Assembly (NCBI GenBank): GCA_040377305.1 | Contig: JBEIPA010000012.1 | Span: forward strand, 1 to 64,000 | Origin: Flavobacteriales bacterium | Lineage (GTDB): Bacteria > Bacteroidota > Bacteroidia > Palsa-965 | DNA length: 64,000 nt | Direction of reading: 5' to 3' | Part shown: piece by piece, positions 20,380 to 29,642 of the stretch | Numbering within the stretch: the first letter of the stretch is position 1 | How the letters are laid out: each line of letters begins with the position of its first letter | The notes under the pieces: generated by a model | Databases searched by the model: none | Told to the model about the DNA's origin: nothing | Seen by the model: only the letters and a program-made list of their open reading frames with translations | Program-made: the position numbers and the translations under genes

Positions 20380-20838
20380 TCAATCAAATCGCTTGCTGCG
20401 AATTCTGTTTCCCTTCACATCATAGTAATACCAGATTCCAGTTTGAACAGACGTCTTGTGTTTGCTCAATCGAATGCGCTCAATCTTGTAATCGCCCTCG
20501 TTGAATTTTCTGCCTTTCTGATCGTAGGTTATCACATGACCATCGGCATAACGGTCGAAGAAATTTCCCTCCAGCATTTTTCTGCCTAATGAATCCGTAA
20601 CGATGAGGTAGTAACGTTGGTTCGATTTATTGATGATGATATTGCAAACGCGGATTGAATCCAGGTATTTGTATGATGAATCAGCCACACCGGGGATGGG
20701 TTTTGAAGTTGAGGCTATCCAATAGCGATTGGGCATGTAGTCATGACAGACGTTTACGTTCACCTGCACCCGCACCGTATCCTGCGCTGAACAAATTCCA
20801 CCTAGTAACAGGAGAACCAGGATTAGTGTTGCCTTCAT
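20380..20838 (-). CDS. Secreted hypothetical protein with MORN-variant-like repeats
   Basis: Signal peptide; EG.F/Y and TGIWYYYD..G. Confidence 0.6.
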   Translation of the reverse strand: MKATLILVLLLLGGICSAQDTVRVQVNVNVCHDYMPNRYWIASTSKPIPGVADSSYKYLDSIRVCNIIINKSNQRYYLIVTDSLGRKMLEGNFFDRYADGHVITYDQKGRKFNEGDYKIERIRLSKHKTSVQTGIWYYYDVKGNRIRSKRFD

Positions 20839-20939
20839 ACACTACTATAACGACAAAATTGCCATTTGATACTCCTTTGTAACTAACTGATCGGCAAAAT
20901 GTTACGAGCTATTTCAACGCAACTTCACAACTCACTTTC

Positions 20940-20974
20940 GACTGCCTCCTGCCAGACTGCCCAACTGCCTACTG
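20940..20974 (+). repeat. Degenerate 7-8-mer tandem array (actgcct)
   Basis: actgcct cctgccag actgccca actgcct actg. Confidence 0.6.
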
Positions 20975-20981
20975 AAATCGC

Positions 20982-20989
20982 TATCTTTG
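20982..20989 (+). promoter_or_regulatory. Bacteroidota -7 promoter element upstream of guaB
   Basis: TATCTTTG matches TAnnTTTG, about 38 bp before the ATG. Confidence 0.65.
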
Positions 20990-21026
20990 CCCGAATTTTA
21001 ACGGTTACTAAAATTCACTCGTTCTT

Positions 21027-22496
21027 ATGGCATCTGCCAATTCAAAGTTCCTCGCTGAAGGACTCACATACGATGACGTCCTACTTGTTCCTGCCTATTC
21101 AGAAATACTTCCGCGCGAAGTAAGTATTGCCACGAAATTTTCCCGAAACATTACCATCAACACGCCCATTGTTACGGCTGCTATGGATACTGTAACCGAA
21201 TATGCCATGGCGATTGCAATTGCACGTGAAGGCGGAATCGGAGTGATTCACAAAAACATGTCGATCGATGCGCAAGCCGAACAGGTTCGCAAAGTGAAGC
21301 GTTCTGAAAGCGGAATGATTCTCGATCCGGTAACTGTGATGGGTGATGCAACGGTTGGACAAGCGCTCGCGTTGATGAAAGAACACAAGATCGGCGGCAT
21401 TCCTGTTATCGATAAGTCGGGGAAACTCGTTGGAATTGTAACCAACCGCGATTTACGTTTCGAGAAAAGCATGAAACGCCTGGTGAAGGATGTAATGACT
21501 TCAGAGAATATCATTACCATTCTCAAAGGATTTGATCCGAAGAAAGCCGAAGAAACTTTGCAGAAGTATAAGATTGAAAAGTTGCCTGTGCTCGACAAGA
21601 AAGGAAATCTGTTGGGACTTGTAACGTATCGCGATATCATTAAGATTAAGGAACGTCCGAATGCATCGAAAGATAATCTTGGTCGCTTGCGTTGTGCCGC
21701 CGGTGTTGGTGTAACTGCCGACACAATTGAACGTGTTCAGGCACTTGTGAATGCAAACGTAGATGCGATTATCATTGATACGGCACATGGTCATTCGAAA
21801 GGTGTAATCGAGATGCTGAAGAAAGTGAAGAAGCAGTTTCCGGATACGGATATTATTGTTGGTAACGTTGCAACAGCAGAAGCAGGACAAGCACTTGTGA
21901 AAGCAGGAGCAGATGGAATCAAGGTCGGAATCGGACCGGGATCAATTTGCACAACACGTGTTGTTGCAGGAGTTGGTGTTCCTCAGTTCACCGCGGTGAT
22001 GATGGTTGCAGAAGGCGTGAAGAAATCGGGAGTTCCGATTATTGCTGATGGCGGTATTCGTTACACCGGAGATATTCCGAAAGCACTCGCAGCAGGAGCA
22101 AGCACAATCATGGCCGGCGGATTATTCGCAGGTTGTGAAGAGTCACCAGGCGAGACGATCATCTTCGAAGGAAGAAAGTTCAAGTCGTATCGCGGAATGG
22201 GATCGCTTGAAGCCATGCAGCAAGGATCGAAGGACCGTTACTTCCAGGATGTGGAAGACGATATCAAGAAATTAGTTCCGGAAGGAATTTCAGGACGTGT
22301 TCCATACAAAGGTTCGCTTGCAGAAATTATCTATCAGCTTGTTGGCGGAATTCGTGCCGGCATGGGTTACTGCGGTGCGAAGAATATCGAGCAGCTTCAG
22401 AATGCGAAGTTCATTCGGATTACTTCTTCGGGTATTCGTGAGTCACATCCGCATGATGTGGTGATTACGCGTGAAGCGCCGAACTACTCGAGATAG
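21027..22496 (+). CDS. guaB: IMP dehydrogenase
   Basis: [13 protein letters not shown] pair, [11 protein letters not shown] and YRGMGS. Confidence 0.97.
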   Translation: MASANSKFLAEGLTYDDVLLVPAYSEILPREVSIATKFSRNITINTPIVTAAMDTVTEYAMAIAIAREGGIGVIHKNMSIDAQAEQVRKVKRSESGMILDPVTVMGDATVGQALALMKEHKIGGIPVIDKSGKLVGIVTNRDLRFEKSMKRLVKDVMTSENIITILKGFDPKKAEETLQKYKIEKLPVLDKKGNLLGLVTYRDIIKIKERPNASKDNLGRLRCAAGVGVTADTIERVQALVNANVDAIIIDTAHGHSKGVIEMLKKVKKQFPDTDIIVGNVATAEAGQALVKAGADGIKVGIGPGSICTTRVVAGVGVPQFTAVMMVAEGVKKSGVPIIADGGIRYTGDIPKALAAGASTIMAGGLFAGCEESPGETIIFEGRKFKSYRGMGSLEAMQQGSKDRYFQDVEDDIKKLVPEGISGRVPYKGSLAEIIYQLVGGIRAGMGYCGAKNIEQLQNAKFIRITSSGIRESHPHDVVITREAPNYSR

Positions 22497-22527
22497 TAGG
22501 CAGTAAGCAGTAGGGCAGTAGGCAGTC
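22495..22527 (+). repeat. Degenerate 7-8-mer tandem array (aggcagt), the inverse of 20940-20974
   Basis: agt aggcagt aagcagt agggcagt aggcagtc. Confidence 0.6.
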
Positions 22528-23085
22528 ATGACGAAGAAATCTGTAGTCAAGAAAGAAGTTGTTACCCGCATTAACGATCTGCGCGTGGAAGGCAAGGGCA
22601 ATCAGGAGATTTACGCGATTCTTTCACCTGAGTACTTCGATCGGAAGGAAATTGCTAAAATAATTACCGCAACTGTAACTTTCGAAAGGAAGGAGCAATA
22701 CAAAGTAGCGCAGTATGCACTCCTGGTACTGATTGGAATTACAATTTTGTTCAAGGTGATGTTCGGATTTGCTTTTGCACTGGCCCTGCAGAGTAAAGTG
22801 GCGCTCATAACAGTCCTGATATTTCCCGCCCTCAACATCTTCTTTTTCGTGCAGGTATACAGATACGAAGCAGCAATTTATCGACTCTGTGGAATTTTTG
22901 CGCTCATTGGTCTGACTCGTTCGTTCACAAACAAAATAGACGCTCCAGACTGGACGATGGCAGTTGATGTAATAATCGCGTTGTCAATGGTAGCGCTTTG
23001 CTTTTTCCTGGATTCGAAGCTCTTTCCGAATTTTACGCCGAACAACATGAAGCCCGACAAAAACGGTGACTTCCGTGTGGAATAA
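22528..23085 (+). CDS. Membrane protein
   Basis: About 4 TM segments. Confidence 0.7.
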   Translation: MTKKSVVKKEVVTRINDLRVEGKGNQEIYAILSPEYFDRKEIAKIITATVTFERKEQYKVAQYALLVLIGITILFKVMFGFAFALALQSKVALITVLIFPALNIFFFVQVYRYEAAIYRLCGIFALIGLTRSFTNKIDAPDWTMAVDVIIALSMVALCFFLDSKLFPNFTPNNMKPDKNGDFRVE

Positions 23086-23096
23086 CTGACAACGGC

Positions 23097-23606
23097 CTAT
23101 TTGTTGTACTGTGGTCGTGTGCGCGTCCAATTCCCACTCGAATCAGGTTTCTCATTCGCTGCACGAAATTTAGTTTCGTAATTCAGGACATCCGGATTTT
23201 GCCGGTTCTGTTCCCGAAGAATCCACTTGATGGAATTGTTCAGCACGACTCCTTTCAAAGTGATACGCCGATAGTTATTTGTGTTCTGCTCAAAATTGAA
23301 ACGCTCAAGCACAATGGTGTCTCCATCAATTTTGTAATTGCCCCACGATGCTGGAGTGGTGTGCGGAATTCCTGAGGTTGCAGTTGAATCCCATCCGATT
23401 TCGTACACAAAAGCGGATCCATCCCTATAGAAATAAATCGGTTTTACCATGTTCGCACTTGCGGGTTGAAGATAATACCCATCAAATCGCAACAACGCAT
23501 GCGTTCCCGGCACATAATTCTTCTTGTACATCAACGGCACATCATACGTTACGCTGCACGCAACAAGCGAAATGGAGAGTAGCCAAATAGAACCGCGCAT
23601 TTTCAT
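23097..23606 (-). CDS. Hypothetical lipoprotein
   Basis: Lipobox LVAC. Confidence 0.7.
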   Translation of the reverse strand: MKMRGSIWLLSISLVACSVTYDVPLMYKKNYVPGTHALLRFDGYYLQPASANMVKPIYFYRDGSAFVYEIGWDSTATSGIPHTTPASWGNYKIDGDTIVLERFNFEQNTNNYRRITLKGVVLNNSIKWILREQNRQNPDVLNYETKFRAANEKPDSSGNWTRTRPQYNK

Positions 23607-23640
23607 GTTACCAATTTTCTGAAATACGAATCCTCAAATT

Positions 23641-24369
23641 TCAAATCTTCGAATCTGTAATCATACCACCGCCCATCACCTTAATTTCCGATCCTTCCGC
23701 CAACATTACCGAGAACGGTTTCAGGTGATTCAGAAACTCGAATTCGCTTCCGTAAAGTAAGGCAAAATCGAAGTTGCACGAGAACTCCTTCACCGGATAT
23801 GTTTTCCATCGTGGGTGCCACACTTCGTACTCAGAGGTTTCGTGATTTCCTTTCTTTGTGTAGCCCCAATAATGTTCCGTGATGAATTCTGCTTCACATG
23901 CGAGTGGAATTTCTGAAGCGTCCTTCTCAGCGACAACTTTCATATAAAAAGGGAGTTCCTTCACGAGACGATATTCAATTTCCAGTGTATCCACTTTCTC
24001 CTCCCAGCTGTGATCCATATCAAGCGTTTCGTAATGTTCCCCGTAGAGATTATTCGCAACAAAACTCACCATCATCTTCGGCACAAATTCTTTGATAAAC
24101 ACCACGCCTCGACGCCATGCTCCATTTTTCGTTTGGTGCTTCACATAAAAGCGAAGATTGATTTCCGGAAACTCCGTGTGAAACGGAATCGGAATGCCTT
24201 TGATTTTCACATCGTCGAATAAAAATCCAACCAGACTGACATAACAAATGCCGTTGTATGTGTCGAGCTCCGTGTTGTAAGGAATGAGATGCGAAAGATG
24301 ATGCGCCTCAATTGCGTAGTTCGCGAGGATAAGTTTACGCCAGCCGGCTGTGAGGAAGGGAGTGGACAC
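23641..24369 (-). CDS. DUF2071 (YqjF-like) protein
   Basis: FLTAGWRKL, F.EINLRFYV, RRGVVFIKE and FITEHYWGY. Confidence 0.85.
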   Translation of the reverse strand: MSTPFLTAGWRKLILANYAIEAHHLSHLIPYNTELDTYNGICYVSLVGFLFDDVKIKGIPIPFHTEFPEINLRFYVKHQTKNGAWRRGVVFIKEFVPKMMVSFVANNLYGEHYETLDMDHSWEEKVDTLEIEYRLVKELPFYMKVVAEKDASEIPLACEAEFITEHYWGYTKKGNHETSEYEVWHPRWKTYPVKEFSCNFDFALLYGSEFEFLNHLKPFSVMLAEGSEIKVMGGGMITDSKI

Positions 24370-24493
24370 ACGTAAATTTACGAAACAGTCCTGACGTGGA
24401 AGTCAGGATCCTGATCGCGCACTGTGCATCAGGATGCGCAGTTTTCAGTACGCAGTGCGCAGTACAATTTTACTGCGAATAGCGCACTGCGTA

Positions 24494-25288
24494 CTACTTT
24501 TCATTGCGCACCGACACCAAATACCATCCCGCTGTCACAAAGAAATTTCTTACGAATGGAATTGCACCAAGCCATCCCCAAACAACTTTCGGAGTCATCT
24601 TAAACTTCGCTTCGTAGTTCGGATTGATGAAGTACAGAACTTTCTTGTCGATCTGGTAATTGCGCTTGTTCAGAATGCGCTGCAGACGATCAATGCTGAT
24701 TCCGGTTACCTTAATTTCTACAAGCGCTTCAATTGTTTCTTTGCTTTCGCCGAACAATTTCAGAATGCCCTTGTAAATGAAGGTTGGCCAAATATGAAAG
24801 TAGGGGAGTTTCGATAAAAATTTACTCTTACAAATCTGCTGGTGTCCGCCAAAAGGCATATACCAGGGTGGAAAAGCTGCGAAGAAATGTCCGCCCGGTT
24901 TGAGATAGCCTTTCAACACTTCGAAGAAACGATCCTGGTCGTGAATGTGCTCAACTACATCGCGCGTGATGATGAAGTCGAACTGTCCAATCGTATTCGT
25001 ATCGTAAATGTTTTCAGCGATGAGCTCGAGGTGCGCTTTGCGCGGGTGATTCTCGAAATACTTCTTACCGTTTTCGATTTTGCCTTTGGAAAGGTCAACA
25101 CCTACAACGCGCTCGCATCCCATGTCGAGAAAGGGTCCGAGATTTCCGCCTTCACCGCAACCGATTTCCAGAACAGAAACAGAACCGTCGAGTTTACGGA
25201 TTTCGCGTACGAACGGAATCACGTACTTCTCAGTCGTGTAAACCTGTTCTTTAAAGTATTGTTCGCGATTGGTGTGGCGGCCCTGCAT
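24494..25288 (-). CDS. Class I SAM-dependent methyltransferase
   Basis: VLEIGCGEGG, GVDLS, DVVEHI and LKPGG. Confidence 0.88.
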   Translation of the reverse strand: MQGRHTNREQYFKEQVYTTEKYVIPFVREIRKLDGSVSVLEIGCGEGGNLGPFLDMGCERVVGVDLSKGKIENGKKYFENHPRKAHLELIAENIYDTNTIGQFDFIITRDVVEHIHDQDRFFEVLKGYLKPGGHFFAAFPPWYMPFGGHQQICKSKFLSKLPYFHIWPTFIYKGILKLFGESKETIEALVEIKVTGISIDRLQRILNKRNYQIDKKVLYFINPNYEAKFKMTPKVVWGWLGAIPFVRNFFVTAGWYLVSVRNEK

Positions 25289-25469
25289 TCTTTTGCAAAT
25301 ATAAGCATTAGGCTGTCTGCGACGCTCACCACGGCGAAACAGCGAGCACGGCGGCAATCTTTGTGTTTCTCATTCTAAGCCCAGCCGGCGACACGGGGCT
25401 GGAAGCTGCCAGTTTATAAGCAGAAAGTTTTCTGGTTTATTGAGTTTAATTGAACTAATTAACCAGAAA

Positions 25470-26009
25470 CTAGAAACTGAACCGCGCGCCTGATTTCACC
25501 ACTCTTTTGTACACGGGACAGTCTTTCGAGTGTGCGCCATCGAGATATCCTGTGCTCATCAAAAACTCATTCACAATCTCACCACCCGTGAACTTAAACG
25601 TCTTTTTGAAAAGTTTCACCCATTCCTCTTTCGTAAGTGGATGATTCACATCAATCCATTGTTTGAAGCTGCCATGCGACTTCTGAATTGCGAGAATCAT
25701 GTTGGCATTGTGAATCGCAGCATCTACTTTTAAGCGGTTGCGGATGATGCCGGCGTCGTTGAGCAGACGAGTGCGGTCTTTCTCCTTGTACTTCGCCACT
25801 TTTTTGATGTCGAAGCCGCTGTATGCTTTACGAAAATTCTCTTCTTTCTTGAGAATGGTGTCCCAACTCAAGCCGGCCTGGTTGATTTCAAGCACAAGAC
25901 GACAGAACAATTCATTATCGTCGTGAATCGGAAATCCATACGCGTTGTCGTGGTATTTCTTGTGGACGTTGTCTTTATCGACGGTGGAAACGAAATTACA
26001 GTATGACAT
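25470..26009 (-). CDS. tag: DNA-3-methyladenine glycosylase I
   Basis: YHD..YG, LEINQAGLSW.TILKK, GIIRNRLK, H...C zinc site. Confidence 0.9.
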   Translation of the reverse strand: MSYCNFVSTVDKDNVHKKYHDNAYGFPIHDDNELFCRLVLEINQAGLSWDTILKKEENFRKAYSGFDIKKVAKYKEKDRTRLLNDAGIIRNRLKVDAAIHNANMILAIQKSHGSFKQWIDVNHPLTKEEWVKLFKKTFKFTGGEIVNEFLMSTGYLDGAHSKDCPVYKRVVKSGARFSF

Positions 26010-26020
26010 ATAAAAGGTTT

Positions 26021-26211
26021 TTACCACAAAGTTCACAAAGACACGAAGAAAATGCTGGACTTTGTGTCAGTGTGTTCTTTGTGTTCGGTTTATGGAAGTG
26101 ATTTCAGCCAGCCTCATAATTTGCAGTAGGAAATAAAAAAGGTTATTACCACGAAGTTCACAAAGACACGAAGAAAATGTGCAGACTTTGTGCCTTGGTG
26201 TTCTTTGTGGT
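26021..26211. repeat. Two copies of a ~63-bp palindromic REP-like unit (26021-26083 and 26146-26211)
   Basis: ttaccacRaagttcacaaagacacgaagaaaatg...ctttgtg...gtgttctttgtg in both copies. Confidence 0.75.
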
Positions 26212-26237
26212 CAATTTTTATTGAAGAATAGCAAACC

Positions 26238-26918
26238 TCAATACATCTGAACCCGACTAGAGAAAAAAGCAAAGTATACATATAACGTCAATGAATGCGT
26301 CGGCATCACCGTTTCAGTTTTCTCCGTGAAGAAGGTGTAACCGTAGTTCAGCTGCATCTTCGGAAAACCTATTCCTGCTTCCGGACGAACGCCAAAGACC
26401 TGCGTTGCTCTGTTCACGTAGTAAACTCCTTTGAGTGCAACTTGTCCACCGAATTTTCTGCGAAAGAAACCGGCCCATGCGCCGAAGCCCGCAACAGAAA
26501 TCTGGTGATCGGTGTCGTACGAGTAACCAACGTAGTATCCCGTTCCTGCCATTGCGTTTTGTGTGCCGCGAATAAATTTTCCGCGCGCAAGACTGATTCC
26601 CATTCCTCCGTTGACGAAATCAATTTCAGGAACAACAGCGACCGATTTTTCTGTGCGCAACCAACGTAGCGGTTCGTTCTTCTCTTCCGGTGAGCCGAAA
26701 AGAATTCCGCGGATGCGTTGCGCATTTACATCAGAGACGAGTGCTAAAAAGAAAACAGCGATCACGAATGACCGCTGTTTCCAATGTGCCGATATGCCGA
26801 TGTGCCAGTGTGCCGATTTCATGAACTGATGAATCAAACAGTTACATATTAACTTCTTTTTACCTTCTGCTAACACACCCAACAATTGGCATATCGGCAT
26901 ATTGGCACATCGGCACAT
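26238..26918 (-). CDS. Probable outer-membrane protein; the N-terminal part of the ORF is spurious repeat translation and the start is uncertain
   Basis: Signal-like FVIAVFFLALVSDVNAQ followed by beta-strand pattern RPEAGIGF..LNYGY. Confidence 0.55.
   Translation of the reverse strand: MCRCANMPICQLLGVLAEGKKKLICNCLIHQFMKSAHWHIGISAHWKQRSFVIAVFFLALVSDVNAQRIRGILFGSPEEKNEPLRWLRTEKSVAVVPEIDFVNGGMGISLARGKFIRGTQNAMAGTGYYVGYSYDTDHQISVAGFGAWAGFFRRKFGGQVALKGVYYVNRATQVFGVRPEAGIGFPKMQLNYGYTFFTEKTETVMPTHSLTLYVYFAFFSSRVQMY
26785..26917. repeat. Inverted pair of 4x8-bp tandem arrays (tgtgccga / tcggcaca)
   Basis: 26785-26816 versus 26886-26917; the same octamer occurs again at 33295-33326. Confidence 0.75.
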
Positions 26919-26924
26919 CGAGTG

Positions 26925-28544
26925 CTAAGCACTCACGGTATTCAACTGTGGAGCAGCAGCCAAAATTTCTGCACTCACACCAGAAGCATACTGTTCGAAG
27001 TTCTTCGTGAACTGTTCTGCAAGTTTCATCGCAGTTGCATCAAACGCTTCTTTGTCTTTCCATGCGTTGCGCGGCTCGAGAATTTCTGTAGGAACCCCAG
27101 GAACAGCTTTCGGGAAACGCATTTTGAAGAATGGCGTTTGTCCGTACTCCACGTTGTTCAGTTTTCCTTCGAGAGCTGCCGTGATCAATGCACGTGTGTA
27201 AGAAAGCTTAATGCGGCTTCCAACTCCGTACGATCCGCCAACCCATCCTGTGTTCACCAACCATACGTTGATGTCCGGATTTGCTTTGAGTTTCTTTCCG
27301 AGAAGCTCAGCGTATTTTCCAGGGTGGAGTGGGAGGAATGCTTTTCCGAAGCAAGCAGAGAATGTTGTTTGCGGCTCGGTGATTCCCATTTCAGTTCCTG
27401 CAACTTTCGCTGTGTAACCGGAGATGAAGTGATACATCGCCTGCTCGGTTGTCAGTTTTGAAATCGGAGGCAATACACCAAATGCATCTGCAGTGAGGAA
27501 GAAAATATTTTTCGGTGCACCACCAACTGATACAGGCAACGCATTGCTGATGTGATCAATCGGATATGCAACGCGTGTGTTCTCGGTTTTCGAAGTGCTC
27601 GTGTAATCTACTGTACGTTTTCCGTCAACCAAATCGCAGTTCTCAACGAGTGCACCAAATTTAATTGCGTCCCAGATCTGTGGTTCTTTCTCGCGTGTGA
27701 GGTCGATGCATTTCGCATAGCAACCACCTTCGAAGTTGAACACAGAATCGTCTGACCAGCCGTGCTCGTCGTCGCCGATAAGCGCGCGGTTCGGATCAGC
27801 AGACAATGTTGTTTTGCCGGTTCCGGAGAGTCCGAAGAACACTGCAGTGTCTCCGTCTTTTCCCTGGTTCGCCGAGCAGTGCATTGACAATACACCTTTC
27901 TCGTGCGGCAGAATATAATTCAGGAGGGTGAAAATTCCTTTTTTGATTTCGCCGGTGTAACCCGTTCCGCCAATGATGATCACTTTCTTCGTGAGGTTCA
28001 TCACCGCGAAATTGTGCTGACGCGTTCCATCAGTTGCCGGATTTGCTTTGAATCCCGGTGCACAGATGATGTGCCACTCCGGTGCAAAGTTTTCAATCTC
28101 GTCACGTGTAGGGCGCAGGAACAAGTTGTTCGCGAAAAGATTTGACCAAGGGAACTCAGTCACAACACGAAGATTCAGACGGTACTTCGGATCTGCACAC
28201 GCATACGCATCGCGCACGTAAACTTCTTTCCCACTGAGATAAGCAGTAACGCGATTGTACAGTGCATCGAATTTCGCAGCATCAAATTTGATATTGATAT
28301 CGCCCCACCAGATGGCGTCTTTGCTGATATCATCGTACACCATGAATTTATCTTTTGGTGAACGACCCGTAAATTCTCCGGTATCGATTGCGAGTGCACC
28401 TGTATCGGTTAGTTCGCCTTCGCCTCTCATCAACGTCTCTTCAACAAGTTCAGCGGGAGTTAGATTCCACCAGGCAGCTGCAACGTTTCCCAGTCCAAGT
28501 GGTTCAATAGAGGCATTCTTGCCTTTCAACCCAAATTCGTTCAT
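26925..28544 (-). CDS. pckA: Phosphoenolpyruvate carboxykinase (ATP)
   Basis: TGRSPKDK, FFGLSGTGKTTLS, LIGDDEHGW and NFEGGCYAK; TACCTTTG at 28622-28629. Confidence 0.97.
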   Translation of the reverse strand: MNEFGLKGKNASIEPLGLGNVAAAWWNLTPAELVEETLMRGEGELTDTGALAIDTGEFTGRSPKDKFMVYDDISKDAIWWGDINIKFDAAKFDALYNRVTAYLSGKEVYVRDAYACADPKYRLNLRVVTEFPWSNLFANNLFLRPTRDEIENFAPEWHIICAPGFKANPATDGTRQHNFAVMNLTKKVIIIGGTGYTGEIKKGIFTLLNYILPHEKGVLSMHCSANQGKDGDTAVFFGLSGTGKTTLSADPNRALIGDDEHGWSDDSVFNFEGGCYAKCIDLTREKEPQIWDAIKFGALVENCDLVDGKRTVDYTSTSKTENTRVAYPIDHISNALPVSVGGAPKNIFFLTADAFGVLPPISKLTTEQAMYHFISGYTAKVAGTEMGITEPQTTFSACFGKAFLPLHPGKYAELLGKKLKANPDINVWLVNTGWVGGSYGVGSRIKLSYTRALITAALEGKLNNVEYGQTPFFKMRFPKAVPGVPTEILEPRNAWKDKEAFDATAMKLAEQFTKNFEQYASGVSAEILAAAPQLNTVSA

Positions 28545-28976
28545 TCTTTAAGTCTTTTTGCGGAAAAATCACCCAAAGGCCCGATTTTCCGTGGTTAAAT
28601 AATGATGAAAAAAACAGGTCACAAAGGTACGGAATCCTTCAAAAACCGAGGCTTGTGTAATGCTCCTTTTCACACAAGTTGAGGTTCATGACCCTGATTG
28701 TAATTAACTGTATAATAGCTTGTTATGTAGAATCATGACGACGATCAGGTTGAATGGTGTTGATAAATCGATCAGTGGAAATTGGAACGCGGATTTTGAA
28801 GTTCGTTGTTTTCTGTTCACTTAATTCGGATCACCCTTCTCAATTTCAAGGGTCGATTTTGGATTTTATGAGATAAACTCAAGCTACACTCATAAGATCC
28901 CGGTACCCGCATTTTCTGTTTAAATCACTCATCCAGACGAAAGAACTAACACCAAAAGCACATCAAAATCCGCGAT

Positions 28977-29465
28977 CTATTTATCGCATGCAACATTCTC
29001 GTAGAAGTAAACCAAGTCCCGTTTCGTAATCTGACTTTTCAGATCGTTGATGAATTTTTGCTGATCACCGGCGGAAGTATTTTTCAACGGAAAGCAGTAA
29101 TTCATTTCACCTTCACGTCCCCAGGGAGAAACGTTGTACTGAACTCCATTCTGCTTCGCGAGCCATGCATCCAGTTTTGCTTTTTGTGTATCGTCAATGC
29201 CCATGCCTTGGCTGATAAATGCCACCATGAAGCGAACGGTGTCTGCATTCTGTGGAGAACTTTTCTCAGTTGACGCATCGTTCGGATTGAGATCGAGCGT
29301 GTCGGTGATGGTGACGCGGCTGGGAGAAGTTGTTGGAATCAGGGTTGTATCCTGCGGGATTGAGTCGTTTTCGCTGGTGTTGTTATTCACGCAAGAGAAC
29401 AACAGAATTGCAATTGTCAAAAAGCAGCTTATTCGTAGCATATTAATTCGCGTTTTTTCACTCAA
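28977..29465 (-). CDS. Lipoprotein with one copy of the F.S.G.GID...WGREGE..YC domain
   Basis: Lipobox LFSC; shares the domain with the neighbouring gene. Confidence 0.75.
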   Translation of the reverse strand: MSEKTRINMLRISCFLTIAILLFSCVNNNTSENDSIPQDTTLIPTTSPSRVTITDTLDLNPNDASTEKSSPQNADTVRFMVAFISQGMGIDDTQKAKLDAWLAKQNGVQYNVSPWGREGEMNYCFPLKNTSAGDQQKFINDLKSQITKRDLVYFYENVACDK

Positions 29466-29509
29466 CTGCTGCCTTAATCATGCCATGCTCGTTGCGCGCA
29501 AGTGCGCTT

Positions 29510-29584
29510 GCCACAGATGCGCAGATTTCTCAGATTTCGCAAATTGAAATTGTATTTAATCTGTGTAATCTGCGCATCTGCGGC
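29510..29584. repeat. Palindromic REP-like element
   Basis: gccacagatgcgcagatt ... aatctgcgcatctgcggc. Confidence 0.7.
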
Positions 29585-29642
29585 GAAAGAAAAAGCCGAT
29601 ATCTAAATTGACACTGGCTTTTCAAATCTTCAAATTTTCAAA

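Noticed and set aside
21099-28551. Numerous antisense and alternate-frame ORFs over guaB, the methyltransferase, tag and pckA
   Set aside because: Shadow ORFs overlapping well-supported genes, with no recognisable motifs.
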